DNA from: Longimicrobiales bacterium
GTDB lineage: Bacteria > Gemmatimonadota > Gemmatimonadetes > Longimicrobiales > Gaopeijiaceae
Assembly: GCA_965226375.1 (NCBI GenBank)
Contig: CBDDCX010000008.1
Span: 1,600,001-1,664,000, forward strand
Length of the DNA: 64,000 nt
Direction of reading: 5' to 3'
The position numbers and the translations under genes are program-made. The notes beneath the pieces are model-generated. The model had not been told where the DNA came from. It saw only the letters and a list, made by a program, of their open reading frames with translations, and searched no databases. Below are positions 19,306 to 27,973 of the stretch, one piece after another (positions within the stretch are counted from its first letter, which is position 1; the number at the start of each line of letters is the position of its first letter).

Positions 19306-21195
19306 GTGACACGCGCCACCACTCCACGCGGGGCTCTGGTCCTTTCCGCCATGCTCGTGGGACTCATTCTGGCTGCCCCTTCAAGTCTGTCCGGCCAAGA
19401 GGCGAATCCCGACTCCCTCGATCTCCTGGCCAAGGCCAAGGACGTCCAGGCGAGGTTCGAGCGGTACCGCGAGCAGCGGATTCCTCCCGAGCTGGCCACA
19501 TACGGCGGGCGCGGCTGCGACGATCTCGTGGGTCGTTTCTGCCTTCGTTTCGGGAACGGTGAAGACGACGACGAATGGATGGTGCCCGAAGAACCCGTGG
19601 AGTTCGGGATGGCGCGGGTACAGGTCCTCAGGGACCTGGCAGAGGTCGGAAAGGAGATCCCGGGCGACTCGTGGGTCTTGGGCCAGCGGGTCTACTACAT
19701 GGGTGAGGTAGGCAACTGGTCGGAGGCCGAAAACCTGATCCGTCGTTGCAGCGGCGAGCAATGGTGGTGCACGGCGCTCTTCGGCTACGTGAAGCACTCG
19801 CAGGGGGATTGGGTGTTCGCCGCAGAGATCTTCGACCGGGCGATCCAGCAGATGACGCCCGAAGAGGCGGAGCGGTTCCGCACCCCCACGTACCTGTTGG
19901 ATCCCGGAGCGATGGACGTCTACGAGGAGTACGAGGACAAGGAGGCCGCCGAGGAGCGGCTTTGGCTCCTGTCGGACCCGCTCTACATGATCGAGGGCAA
20001 CGACCGCAAGACCGAGCAGTACGCGCGGCAGGTGTTGATCCGGATGCGTGGAGAGGCGGAAAACGCTTATGGGGTTGAGTGGGGTGACGACATCGAGCAG
20101 CTCACGCTCCGCTACGGTGCGGAAAGGGCGTGGGAACGCGTAAAGTCAATCGGGAGGCAGGGTCTGCAGGACACGCGCACCATCGTGGGCCGGCATCATC
20201 CGAAGAGCAAGGAATTCCTTCCGCCCAAGGAAGGTCTGATGGATCCCGCTGAGGTGGCGGCGGGAGACTGGACCATCGGAGAGATTCGGCCGTGGACCGG
20301 GTACGCGCCTCCATATGCGCCCGACTTCGATCCACTCGAGACTCAGGTGGCCCGCTTCAGACGGGGTGACTCGCTCCTGGTGGTCGGGGCCTTCGCCCCG
20401 GCGGTCGAAGATGTACCGGTGGACGACAGGCGACAGACGAACCGAAATCCGAGGGTCGTCAACGCAGGCGCTCCCCGTAACGAGACTCGAAGCGACCGGC
20501 AGGCGAGGCTGAACCCCTTCGGACAACGCGTCGAGGTGCCGCAGCCGTTCATGCCTGTTGAACCCGAGCCCGAGGGGCCGGTCCGATCGGCACTTTTCCT
20601 GATCGAAACGGAAGGCGGCGATCGACACGAGGTCCTCGGTGAGGGTCCCGAGGGTGTGTTCCAGCTGCAGGTCGACAACGGGCGATACATCATCGGTGTC
20701 GAGGCGTTCAGCGAGAGCGCCAAACAAGCGTGGAGAGATCGGCACGGACTCTGGCAGGACGACATCGTTCCGGGCCTGGCCGCGGTCTCGGATCTGCTGA
20801 TTCTCAAGGGTGGCGGTGAGCTGCCCGAGACCCTGGATGAGGCGCTGCCGACGGTCATGGCGGCGACGCGCATTCGGGCCGGGGAGGCCTTCAAGATTGC
20901 TTGGGAGCTGTACGGGCTGCGTATCGGTGAGTCCGCGAGCGTGCGCATCGGCGTGGACCAGGGGGGACAGGGCCTCTTGCGTAGGCTCGGCGCCTTCTTG
21001 CGGGTTCTGGAGCCCGACGCGCCGGTGGTCATGACCTACGAAGATGCGGGCCCCGACGTGCTCGGCACTTTGTTCCGTGCGGTCCAGCTCAACTTGCCAG
21101 ACCTGGAGCCCGGAGAGTATACCCTCTCGGTGGAGATCGAGCTCGCCGGACGCGAGCCCATGGTCGTGGCACGGCCGATCATCATCGTTCCATGA
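19306..21195 (+). CDS. Exported GWxTD-like domain protein
   Basis: AGGAG RBS before GTG 19306, signal peptide, LW..SDPLY...NDR.TE..AR....WGDD....LRYG. Confidence 0.6.
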   Translation: MTRATTPRGALVLSAMLVGLILAAPSSLSGQEANPDSLDLLAKAKDVQARFERYREQRIPPELATYGGRGCDDLVGRFCLRFGNGEDDDEWMVPEEPVEFGMARVQVLRDLAEVGKEIPGDSWVLGQRVYYMGEVGNWSEAENLIRRCSGEQWWCTALFGYVKHSQGDWVFAAEIFDRAIQQMTPEEAERFRTPTYLLDPGAMDVYEEYEDKEAAEERLWLLSDPLYMIEGNDRKTEQYARQVLIRMRGEAENAYGVEWGDDIEQLTLRYGAERAWERVKSIGRQGLQDTRTIVGRHHPKSKEFLPPKEGLMDPAEVAAGDWTIGEIRPWTGYAPPYAPDFDPLETQVARFRRGDSLLVVGAFAPAVEDVPVDDRRQTNRNPRVVNAGAPRNETRSDRQARLNPFGQRVEVPQPFMPVEPEPEGPVRSALFLIETEGGDRHEVLGEGPEGVFQLQVDNGRYIIGVEAFSESAKQAWRDRHGLWQDDIVPGLAAVSDLLILKGGGELPETLDEALPTVMAATRIRAGEAFKIAWELYGLRIGESASVRIGVDQGGQGLLRRLGAFLRVLEPDAPVVMTYEDAGPDVLGTLFRAVQLNLPDLEPGEYTLSVEIELAGREPMVVARPIIIVP

Positions 21196-21201
21196 GGGTG
21201 C

Positions 21202-21765
21202 ATGAAAATACGGCTCTACGCTCAGCCCCCCGGGCGAGCCTCCATGCTCATCGAGGTGGACCTCCCGGAGGGTGACGAGACTGACCCGGTAAAGCTCAAG
21301 TGCTTCAGCCCGCCCCCCAACGATCAAGCCGAGATCGCTCAGTACGGTGGAGCCAAAGCCTGGGCCATCACCCTCACCGACGAAGACGTGGCGAGCCTGC
21401 AACGGCTGTCGTCGGACGTGCGGATCGTCCCATTCGGTGATGCGAAGCCGCGGGCTGGCGGCTGGCCGGTGGAACTCTCCTTCGCATCGGGGCAGGCCGA
21501 AGTACGGCTCAACTGGTGGATGCGGGCGCCCACGGAGTGGACCGTCGTCCAGGAGTTGATCACAGCCCTCATGAATCTGTCTGAGCGCGAGCGGTCTGGT
21601 GAATTGGATCCGCGCGAGCTCGACGGCGGTGTCGACGATGACGATGACCTGCAGGAGGCGGGGTCGGCTGCCGAGAGCGCGCGGGGAACCGGCGTGGGCA
21701 CGGGCACAGCCGGAGCGGCCCCCGGCCAGAAGAAGGGCTTCTTCGGACGGCTCTTAGGAGGATGA
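21202..21765 (+). CDS. Hypothetical protein with C-terminal amphipathic tail
   Basis: 187-aa ORF packed between neighbours, ending KKGFFGRLLGG. Confidence 0.6.
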   Translation: MKIRLYAQPPGRASMLIEVDLPEGDETDPVKLKCFSPPPNDQAEIAQYGGAKAWAITLTDEDVASLQRLSSDVRIVPFGDAKPRAGGWPVELSFASGQAEVRLNWWMRAPTEWTVVQELITALMNLSERERSGELDPRELDGGVDDDDDLQEAGSAAESARGTGVGTGTAGAAPGQKKGFFGRLLGG

Positions 21766-22190
21766 CCGGAACCGCGCTTATCACCGACCCCATGTCGGTG
21801 TTCGCCTTCCTGGCGGGCACGGTGGCGTTCATCTACTGGGTCTCCGGACTCCCCCGCTTCGAGAAGATCTTCGAGTATACGCCGCAGGTCATCTACGTGT
21901 ACTTCCTGCCCATGTTTGCCACGACCGTGGGCATCACTCCCTCGAGCTCACCGGCCTACGATTGGCTGACCCGGTACCTGCTGCCGTTCGCGTTGCTCCT
22001 CCTCATGATCTCCATCGACTTGAAGGCCATCTTGAAGCTCGGCCCGATCGCCCTGTTCATGGTACTGGCCGGAACGCTTGGGATCATCGTGGGCGGCCCC
22101 GTTTCATATGTCCTCTTCAAGGGATTCCTGCCGGCCGATGCGTGGACCGGATTCGCGGCACTCTCGGGAAGCTGGATCGGAGGGACGGCG
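21762..22190 (+). pseudogene. DUF819-family membrane protein, 3'-truncated
   Basis: Homology-like pattern (YLLPFALLLLMISIDL, ALSGSWIGGTA) stops at about 22190, after which the frame reads the antisense of another gene. Confidence 0.78.
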
Positions 22191-22510
22191 ACCCCGGTCC
22201 GTGCCACTCCGGCCTCATCCTCCGTGGCGACCTCCACACCTGCACCGATCTCGAAGTTTCGAAACAGGCCAGTTTCCAACTCGAAGAGCCCTCCGAATGC
22301 CTTGCGACCGGCTTCGGTCCATGCGCCCTCGAGGCCCACCTGGAACTCCCATTCCAGGTACTTCTTCGGGTACGCATCCGTGACGTGGAGAGGTCGATCG
22401 GGATCGAGCGATCGGAAGTCTTCCTGTGCCGCCCCATGGCGGGGTGACACCGTGAATACGGCACCGACCAGGAAAAACAACCAGGATCGGATCCTATGAG
22501 GGGGCCTCAT
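22190..22510 (-). pseudogene. Exported, probable outer-membrane beta-barrel protein, 3'-truncated
   Basis: ATG 22510 overlaps the upstream stop. Signal peptide (..HGAAQ), then EDFRSLDPDRPLHVTDAYP and beta-strand-like segments, broken at about 22190. Confidence 0.6.
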
Positions 22511-23634
22511 CTTCCACCCTCCGCCGGCCGCAAGGGCATCATGAGCTGGGTCATCGGGACCATTTGAGACTCGGGATGACCCTGCGGGAGCCACGACCCA
22601 TCCGGAAGTTCCGTGGGGACCCGCATCGCGCTCGGCGCCATGACGTGGTCTCCTCCCATCGGCAGCCCCGGCGCCACCACGAAGTCCTGAGTAGCATAGA
22701 GCTGATTCCGCAGCATCCGGTCGATCTCCGCCTCCTTTTGCTCCCGGCTGAGACGCTCGTCGACCATGATGTCGTTCGTGATGTCGTGCATCATGTGGAG
22801 GTTGTCGAAGATATGAGCGGCGGCCGGGAACATCTTCGAGAATCGGGGGGCCACCTCCGCGGTCAGCGGCATATAGTCGGGCGGGTCCACGAGCACCGAA
22901 TCGACGAAGAGTGTTATGACCCGGTCGAGCTCTCGGGCCTGTGCTTCGGGGGTGGGCTCCATGAGCGCCTCGTACACGGCGGCGTGATGCCAGTGATACG
23001 ACCACAGGATCCCGTTGATGCCGGGATACTTCCTGGGAAAGATCCCGGCCCACGCTCCTCCGCCCATCATCCAGCGATGACCGTATCCGCGCGTGGAGTA
23101 GGCTGCGTCGGGGGTCCCCAGGTAGTACGCGATGGCCCGCTCCCCCACCGCTCGCTTTTGCGTCACCTCCGGGTCGGTGAGGATATCGTAGAGTTGGCTG
23201 TGGAGGTGGTGGGTCCAATCCATGCTGCGGCCGGTCGGATACGCGATCTTGGTCCACTGGGGAGCGATGAGCTCGGCAGGCGGCCCGAACCTGGGGGGAT
23301 CGATGACCAACCGTCGAATACGCGCCTCCAACTCCGCGAACGCGTCTGTCGCGTCCTCGCCCATAGTGAGCGCCACTTCGTAGATCCCGAAGTGGGCCAC
23401 GTGAGCCGCGTAGAACGATCGCGCCGCGCTCGTGTGGGTGTCGTAGAACGCGAAGTTGTAACTAGCCGGGAGGTAAAACTGACCGTTGCGGGGGATCACA
23501 CCCGTGCATGAGGCCAACGTCACGGCCAGGAGAGCTGCCGCGGGGAGTCCCGACCTTTTGCGTAAGATACGCCGACATGGCGGATCTGCCGGGGTCTGAG
23601 AATCTAGAATTCTCAGGTGTTGTGGGTGCTGCAT
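22507..23634 (-). CDS. Uncharacterised His/Met-rich lipoprotein with four HxxH repeats (putative metal-binding)
   Basis: GAGGA RBS, LASC lipobox, motifs HVAH, HHLH, HWHH and HMMH, Met-rich C-terminus. Confidence 0.8.
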   Translation of the reverse strand: MQHPQHLRILDSQTPADPPCRRILRKRSGLPAAALLAVTLASCTGVIPRNGQFYLPASYNFAFYDTHTSAARSFYAAHVAHFGIYEVALTMGEDATDAFAELEARIRRLVIDPPRFGPPAELIAPQWTKIAYPTGRSMDWTHHLHSQLYDILTDPEVTQKRAVGERAIAYYLGTPDAAYSTRGYGHRWMMGGGAWAGIFPRKYPGINGILWSYHWHHAAVYEALMEPTPEAQARELDRVITLFVDSVLVDPPDYMPLTAEVAPRFSKMFPAAAHIFDNLHMMHDITNDIMVDERLSREQKEAEIDRMLRNQLYATQDFVVAPGLPMGGDHVMAPSAMRVPTELPDGSWLPQGHPESQMVPMTQLMMPLRPAEGGR

Positions 23635-23638
23635 GTGT

Positions 23639-23693
23639 TCCTCGTTCAGGCTTGGGCTCGAGAAAGTCGCTTCGAACTCAGCCCAAACGAGGA
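23639..23693 (-). promoter_or_regulatory. SD-sequestering RNA hairpin linking the leader ORF 3' end to the downstream RBS
   Basis: mRNA UCCUCGUU-UGGGCU (leader PRLG codons) is complementary to AGCCCA...AACGAGGA, which contains the SD 5 nt before ATG 23634. Confidence 0.75.
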
Positions 23694-24058
23694 GGGGGAG
23701 TCGCGGTCCCCGACTCGGGTGGCGTTATACCAACGAGGGACGTCACGGGAGTCGAGAAGACGGGCTTGACCTGCGCGACAAACCGGTCGGCCGTTGCCAC
23801 GACCGCCACTCCGCAGACCGCCATGGCGCACGTGTCCGCGTTCGGCCCCGGCGCGTCCGAGTGGTCACCATGATGGGGCGGACGTCCGTCGGATGCTGGC
23901 GACGTCGTCCCCGGTGCGCGGTGTCCCATGGCGGTCTGGTGATCCACGCTGATCTCTGACCGCGCCTCCGCGTCCACAGAGTGAACCTGGCAGAATGTCT
24001 GGCTGACCAAGAGGCCGACGTAGAACATCAGAGCCAATGAGGCCGTGTGTCTGACCAT
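23678..24058 (-). CDS. CutF/CruR-like leader protein (signal peptide, His-rich, CxxxxC, C-terminal PPPR)
   Basis: MVRHTASLALMFYVGLLVSQTFC..., PPHHGDH, CAMAVC, ending TPPESGTATPPPRLG*. Confidence 0.72.
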   Translation of the reverse strand: MVRHTASLALMFYVGLLVSQTFCQVHSVDAEARSEISVDHQTAMGHRAPGTTSPASDGRPPHHGDHSDAPGPNADTCAMAVCGVAVVATADRFVAQVKPVFSTPVTSLVGITPPESGTATPPPRLG

Positions 24059-24207
24059 CGTTGCGGTGTCGACCTCCAGACGGGTCGAGGGTATCGGCAG
24101 CGTGCGCGGGGCCTTTGACTCTGCCACACCTCACCATGCGCCGCCAAGCTCACGACCACAAGACCACCGGCGCAGACCCCGCCACTTCTCGACTCGACCG
24201 AGCAGGA

Positions 24208-24684
24208 CTAGTTCGCCGTCACGCCCATGACGTACGCGGTCCCTTCACCGCAGCCAGCCTCCGACGCCGGCCGCGACCGCTCCGTCACGAACCCCTCGGC
24301 CTCGTAGACCGCCTGGGCACGTTCGTTGAAATCGTAGACGTCGAGCCAGAGGTGGTTGGCTCCCAGATCTCCGAACGCCGCCTCTTTTACGAGGCGCATG
24401 GCGTCCTTACCGTAGCCCCGGCCCTTTTCGGAGATGGCGATGCGCTTGAGCTCGACGCTCTCCGAGCCCACGCTTCGGAGGATGACGAACCCCACGTTCG
24501 CGCTTCGCTCCGTGTCCTCCAGCACCCAGTGCGCCATGGCGGGATCGGCCAGAGCCGCCCGGTGTTCCTCGATGGGCCAAGGAGCGATAAAGGGCGCTGT
24601 ATCCGGATCGGCCTCGAGTGCGAGCACGTAGTCGAGGTCCGCTTCTTCGGTCGGTCGGAACCGCACCGGATTCTTCAGGTCCAT
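24208..24684 (-). CDS. GNAT family N-acetyltransferase
   Basis: KGRGYGK, LWLDV...NERA..VYE.EGF. Confidence 0.9.
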   Translation of the reverse strand: MDLKNPVRFRPTEEADLDYVLALEADPDTAPFIAPWPIEEHRAALADPAMAHWVLEDTERSANVGFVILRSVGSESVELKRIAISEKGRGYGKDAMRLVKEAAFGDLGANHLWLDVYDFNERAQAVYEAEGFVTERSRPASEAGCGEGTAYVMGVTAN

Positions 24685-24739
24685 CGGGCTTTCCCGATGC
24701 CGCTGCTCGCGGCCGTAAGGATGGTTACGGATCCGTCGC

Positions 24740-25443
24740 TCATGCCGTCACCTCCCTCTGCGGTTCGGCCTCGACGAGTGTCTGCCAATGTGAGACCACG
24801 CGAGCCGCCAGGACCTGTCCCCCATCGACCAACGGCAGAGGCGGTTCGCCGTCTACGAGGTAATTCAGGTCGGTGCAGGCGATGAGGCCGACGTTGGCGC
24901 CCTCACCACTCAGTTCCGCCAGGAGCGCACCCAACAGCGCCCGCGGCTCGGCAAGGTCGGAGACGCCTCGAGGGCCCGTTGGTACAGACCTGAGTCACGA
25001 GTCGATCGCGTGGCCAGCAGTGCCACCGGCCCGGCGGCGCTCGGAACCGCATCCACGGCCGCTTCGACCATGTTGATCAGGGGCACCGTCACCCGGTCGA
25101 CCAAACCCTCGTAGTAGACGTGAGCCGAGTTACACGGCATGGCGATGAAGTCGACCCCCGTGCTCTCGAGCCACTCCAGTCCTCGGCCGATGGTCTCCTG
25201 AATTTCGGCGTGGTCCAACTCTCGATCGAAGTAGTAGGGAATGGGCCACGAGAAGACGACCATGGGCGGGTAGTCGGCTTCGTGCCGCGCGCCCAGCTGC
25301 TGCTGACACGCGTCCACCACGAAGTCCAGGAACGGCCCCGTGGAGCGAGCCCCCATACCCGCCAAGAGACCGATCGTGGGACGCCCCGACGGGTGCCGCT
25401 GAACCGCCGTGTGCGAAGGTTGTCCGTTCACAGCAGCATTCAT
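24740..25443 (-). pseudogene. Aspartate/glutamate racemase family, internal deletion with frameshift
   Basis: IGLLAGMG and MPCNSAH in one frame, second catalytic motif IACTDL in another frame (24740-24934). Junction near 24960. Confidence 0.8.
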
Positions 25444-25472
25444 TCGCACCCCTCCGTCCATTCTCAGAATGC

Positions 25473-27914
25473 TCAATCATCACGCAGGGCCACGGTCGGA
25501 CTCACCCGCGTGGCCCGTCTCGCCGGAAGATATGTGGCCAGGAGCACCACGGCAGCCAGCAGGCTGGAGACTGCACCGTAGACCAGCGGATCAAACGGCT
25601 CCACGGCGAGAAAGACGTCCGAGAGGAGGCTCGTGAGCGCTACCGAGGCCGACAGACCCAACCCGACCCCGGTCACGGCCAGGACAAAGGCCCCCCGGAG
25701 CACGCCGTGGATGATCTCGATGCCCTGAGCACCCAGCGCCATCCTCAATCCGAACTCCCGGGTGCGCCGTCCCACTGAATACACGGTCACGCCGTACACT
25801 CCGGTGGCGGCCAACAACAAACCGACGCCGGCGAAGATCAGCAGTACGAGTCCGTTGAACTGCACCCGGCCCAGCGACCGCGAGACGATGCTCTCACCGG
25901 TCGTCGTGCGGTAGGTGGTGGCCGACGGGCCGACTGCCGTAACGACCCGGCGAACGGCCGGGATCAGAGACTCGGCTGGGACCGAACCGCGGACTCCGAC
26001 TGCCATGACCGACACATAAGCGCCATCCGTCTGACTCATCGGATAATAAACCGCTGGCCGGATATCTTCCTCAAGGCCGCCGCTCCGCACGTCGTCGACG
26101 ACCCCCACGATCTCTAGCCAGGGCCGGTCCCGGCCGTACGAGCCCCGCTTGATCCGTCGGCCCAAGGCGGAACCGGCGGGCCAGAAGCGTTCCTCGAAAG
26201 CGCGACTCACGACAGCGACCCCGGGAGCGTCGAGCGCGTCCGTCTCCAAAAAGGTACGCCCCCCCAGAAGTGGTATGCCGGCGGCGCGGAAGAATCCGTG
26301 CGTGACGATCCTCCCGATGGCCGAGTGCGCCTGGTTCGGATCGGCGGGTGGCTCGTCCTCCACGGAATAGGCGTATCCCCAGTCCTCGTCGTCCAGGGGA
26401 AAGATATGGGCGCCCCCGGCGGCCTCCACCCCCGGCAAAGCCTCCATCCGTGCCAACACCTCGGTAAAGAACGCCACCCTGCCCTCATGGGTGCCCGCCA
26501 CCGAGCCGGGGGCCGACACACGCACCACAGCAAATCCGTCGGGCCTGAATCCAGGGTCGACGCTCTGCAGCTCCCGGAAGCCTCTCACCATGAGTCCGGC
26601 TCCGACGAGCAAGACCAGGCTCACGGCGACCTGCCCCATGACGAACGCGTCTCGGATACGGCGCTCGCGGCGACCCGCACTCGGGCTCCGTCCGCCCCTC
26701 CCAACGGCCTCGACGGCGGTGGTCCGGCCGCGCACCGCCGGGACGACGGAGAGCATCAACGCCACCGCAAAGGCCAGACCCACCGTCAATGCGAGCGAAC
26801 GTCCGGAGAACTCCACGCTGTCGAACGCGGCGCTGTCGACGGGGGCCAGAGTGAGGAGGGCCATCACACCCCAACCCGCGAGTGCCGTGCCCAAGACGGC
26901 TCCCAGGCCCGCAAGAATGACGTTCTCCGACAGGGACTGCCGGAACAAAGACGCCCGGGAAGCACCCAAAGCCGTCCGCACGGCCCTCTCCCAAGACTCT
27001 TCCTGCGCCCGCGCCAGGAGGAGGTTGGCCACATTGGCCACTGCGATGAGAAGCACGAACACCGAGGCGCCCAGGAGCGCCTGAAGCGGCGTCTGAAACG
27101 CCCCGACCTGGGCCTCCTGGAGGGTCACGGCTTCGATTCCGTTGTCGCCGAGGATCATCGGCTCGCGCTCGGCCAACCTTGCGGACACACGCCCGAACTC
27201 GGCCGCCAGGTCCGCCCGGCTCGCCCGATCTGCCAGCTTACCCACCATGATCAAGCTGCCCCAGGAAACCCACTCCCCCTCAGCGTAGTCGCGCCGCAGC
27301 AGGTTCACCCACACTTCGGCCCGCCCTGGAATACGCTGGCCCTGGGGAATCACCCCGACAATGGAAGCGGATTCGCCGGACACATCGAGCGACCGCCCCA
27401 GAACGGACCGGTCGCCACCATAACGCTGCCGCCAGACCGCCTCGCTGATCAACGCCACCCGATTATTCCCCTCAACCTCTTCTTGGGTGAAGGTAGGACC
27501 CAGGACCGGCTGAATCCCCAGAGCCGCAAAGCTGCCCGGCATCACCCGAGCGCCACTCATGCGCTGGGCGACTCCGTCCTCGAGCACGTCGAAATCTGTG
27601 GCGAAAAAGCCTGCCACAGACTCGAGCGCCTCGCTCTCCTCCGCGACGGCCATATAGGTGACGGGTGCCACCCAGAATCGTCGGTCAGGATCCTGACGGT
27701 CGAGGTTGAAACTGAAGATCTGGACCAAACGCTCTGCGTCTTCGAACGGCATCGCGTCCACGAGAACCGAACGAACCACCGAGTAGACCCCGGACGTCGC
27801 GCCGATCCCCGCCCCCAGGCACGCTATGATCACGATCGAGACCGCAGGCCGACGCGTGATCCTGCGGACCGCCAAACGGATATCGCTCCACACTTCATCG
27901 ATCCACTTCGTCAT
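25473..27914 (-). CDS. ADOP-type duplicated ABC permease (MacB/FtsX repeats)
   Basis: LGAGIGA, ANVANLLLAR, R.ALGASR, QVAVSLVLLVGAGL, RTREFGLRMALGA, PARRATRVSP. Confidence 0.92.
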   Translation of the reverse strand: MTKWIDEVWSDIRLAVRRITRRPAVSIVIIACLGAGIGATSGVYSVVRSVLVDAMPFEDAERLVQIFSFNLDRQDPDRRFWVAPVTYMAVAEESEALESVAGFFATDFDVLEDGVAQRMSGARVMPGSFAALGIQPVLGPTFTQEEVEGNNRVALISEAVWRQRYGGDRSVLGRSLDVSGESASIVGVIPQGQRIPGRAEVWVNLLRRDYAEGEWVSWGSLIMVGKLADRASRADLAAEFGRVSARLAEREPMILGDNGIEAVTLQEAQVGAFQTPLQALLGASVFVLLIAVANVANLLLARAQEESWERAVRTALGASRASLFRQSLSENVILAGLGAVLGTALAGWGVMALLTLAPVDSAAFDSVEFSGRSLALTVGLAFAVALMLSVVPAVRGRTTAVEAVGRGGRSPSAGRRERRIRDAFVMGQVAVSLVLLVGAGLMVRGFRELQSVDPGFRPDGFAVVRVSAPGSVAGTHEGRVAFFTEVLARMEALPGVEAAGGAHIFPLDDEDWGYAYSVEDEPPADPNQAHSAIGRIVTHGFFRAAGIPLLGGRTFLETDALDAPGVAVVSRAFEERFWPAGSALGRRIKRGSYGRDRPWLEIVGVVDDVRSGGLEEDIRPAVYYPMSQTDGAYVSVMAVGVRGSVPAESLIPAVRRVVTAVGPSATTYRTTTGESIVSRSLGRVQFNGLVLLIFAGVGLLLAATGVYGVTVYSVGRRTREFGLRMALGAQGIEIIHGVLRGAFVLAVTGVGLGLSASVALTSLLSDVFLAVEPFDPLVYGAVSSLLAAVVLLATYLPARRATRVSPTVALRDD

Positions 27915-27973
27915 CGTGTCCTCGCTTCACTTGGGATCACACGCCGGCCGCCCCCTGGCTGGCCGAACGCTCG

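Noticed and set aside
21956..23257. 433-aa minus-strand ORF
   Set aside because: Off-frame shadow of the lipoprotein, plus the truncated OM gene, plus DUF819 antisense.
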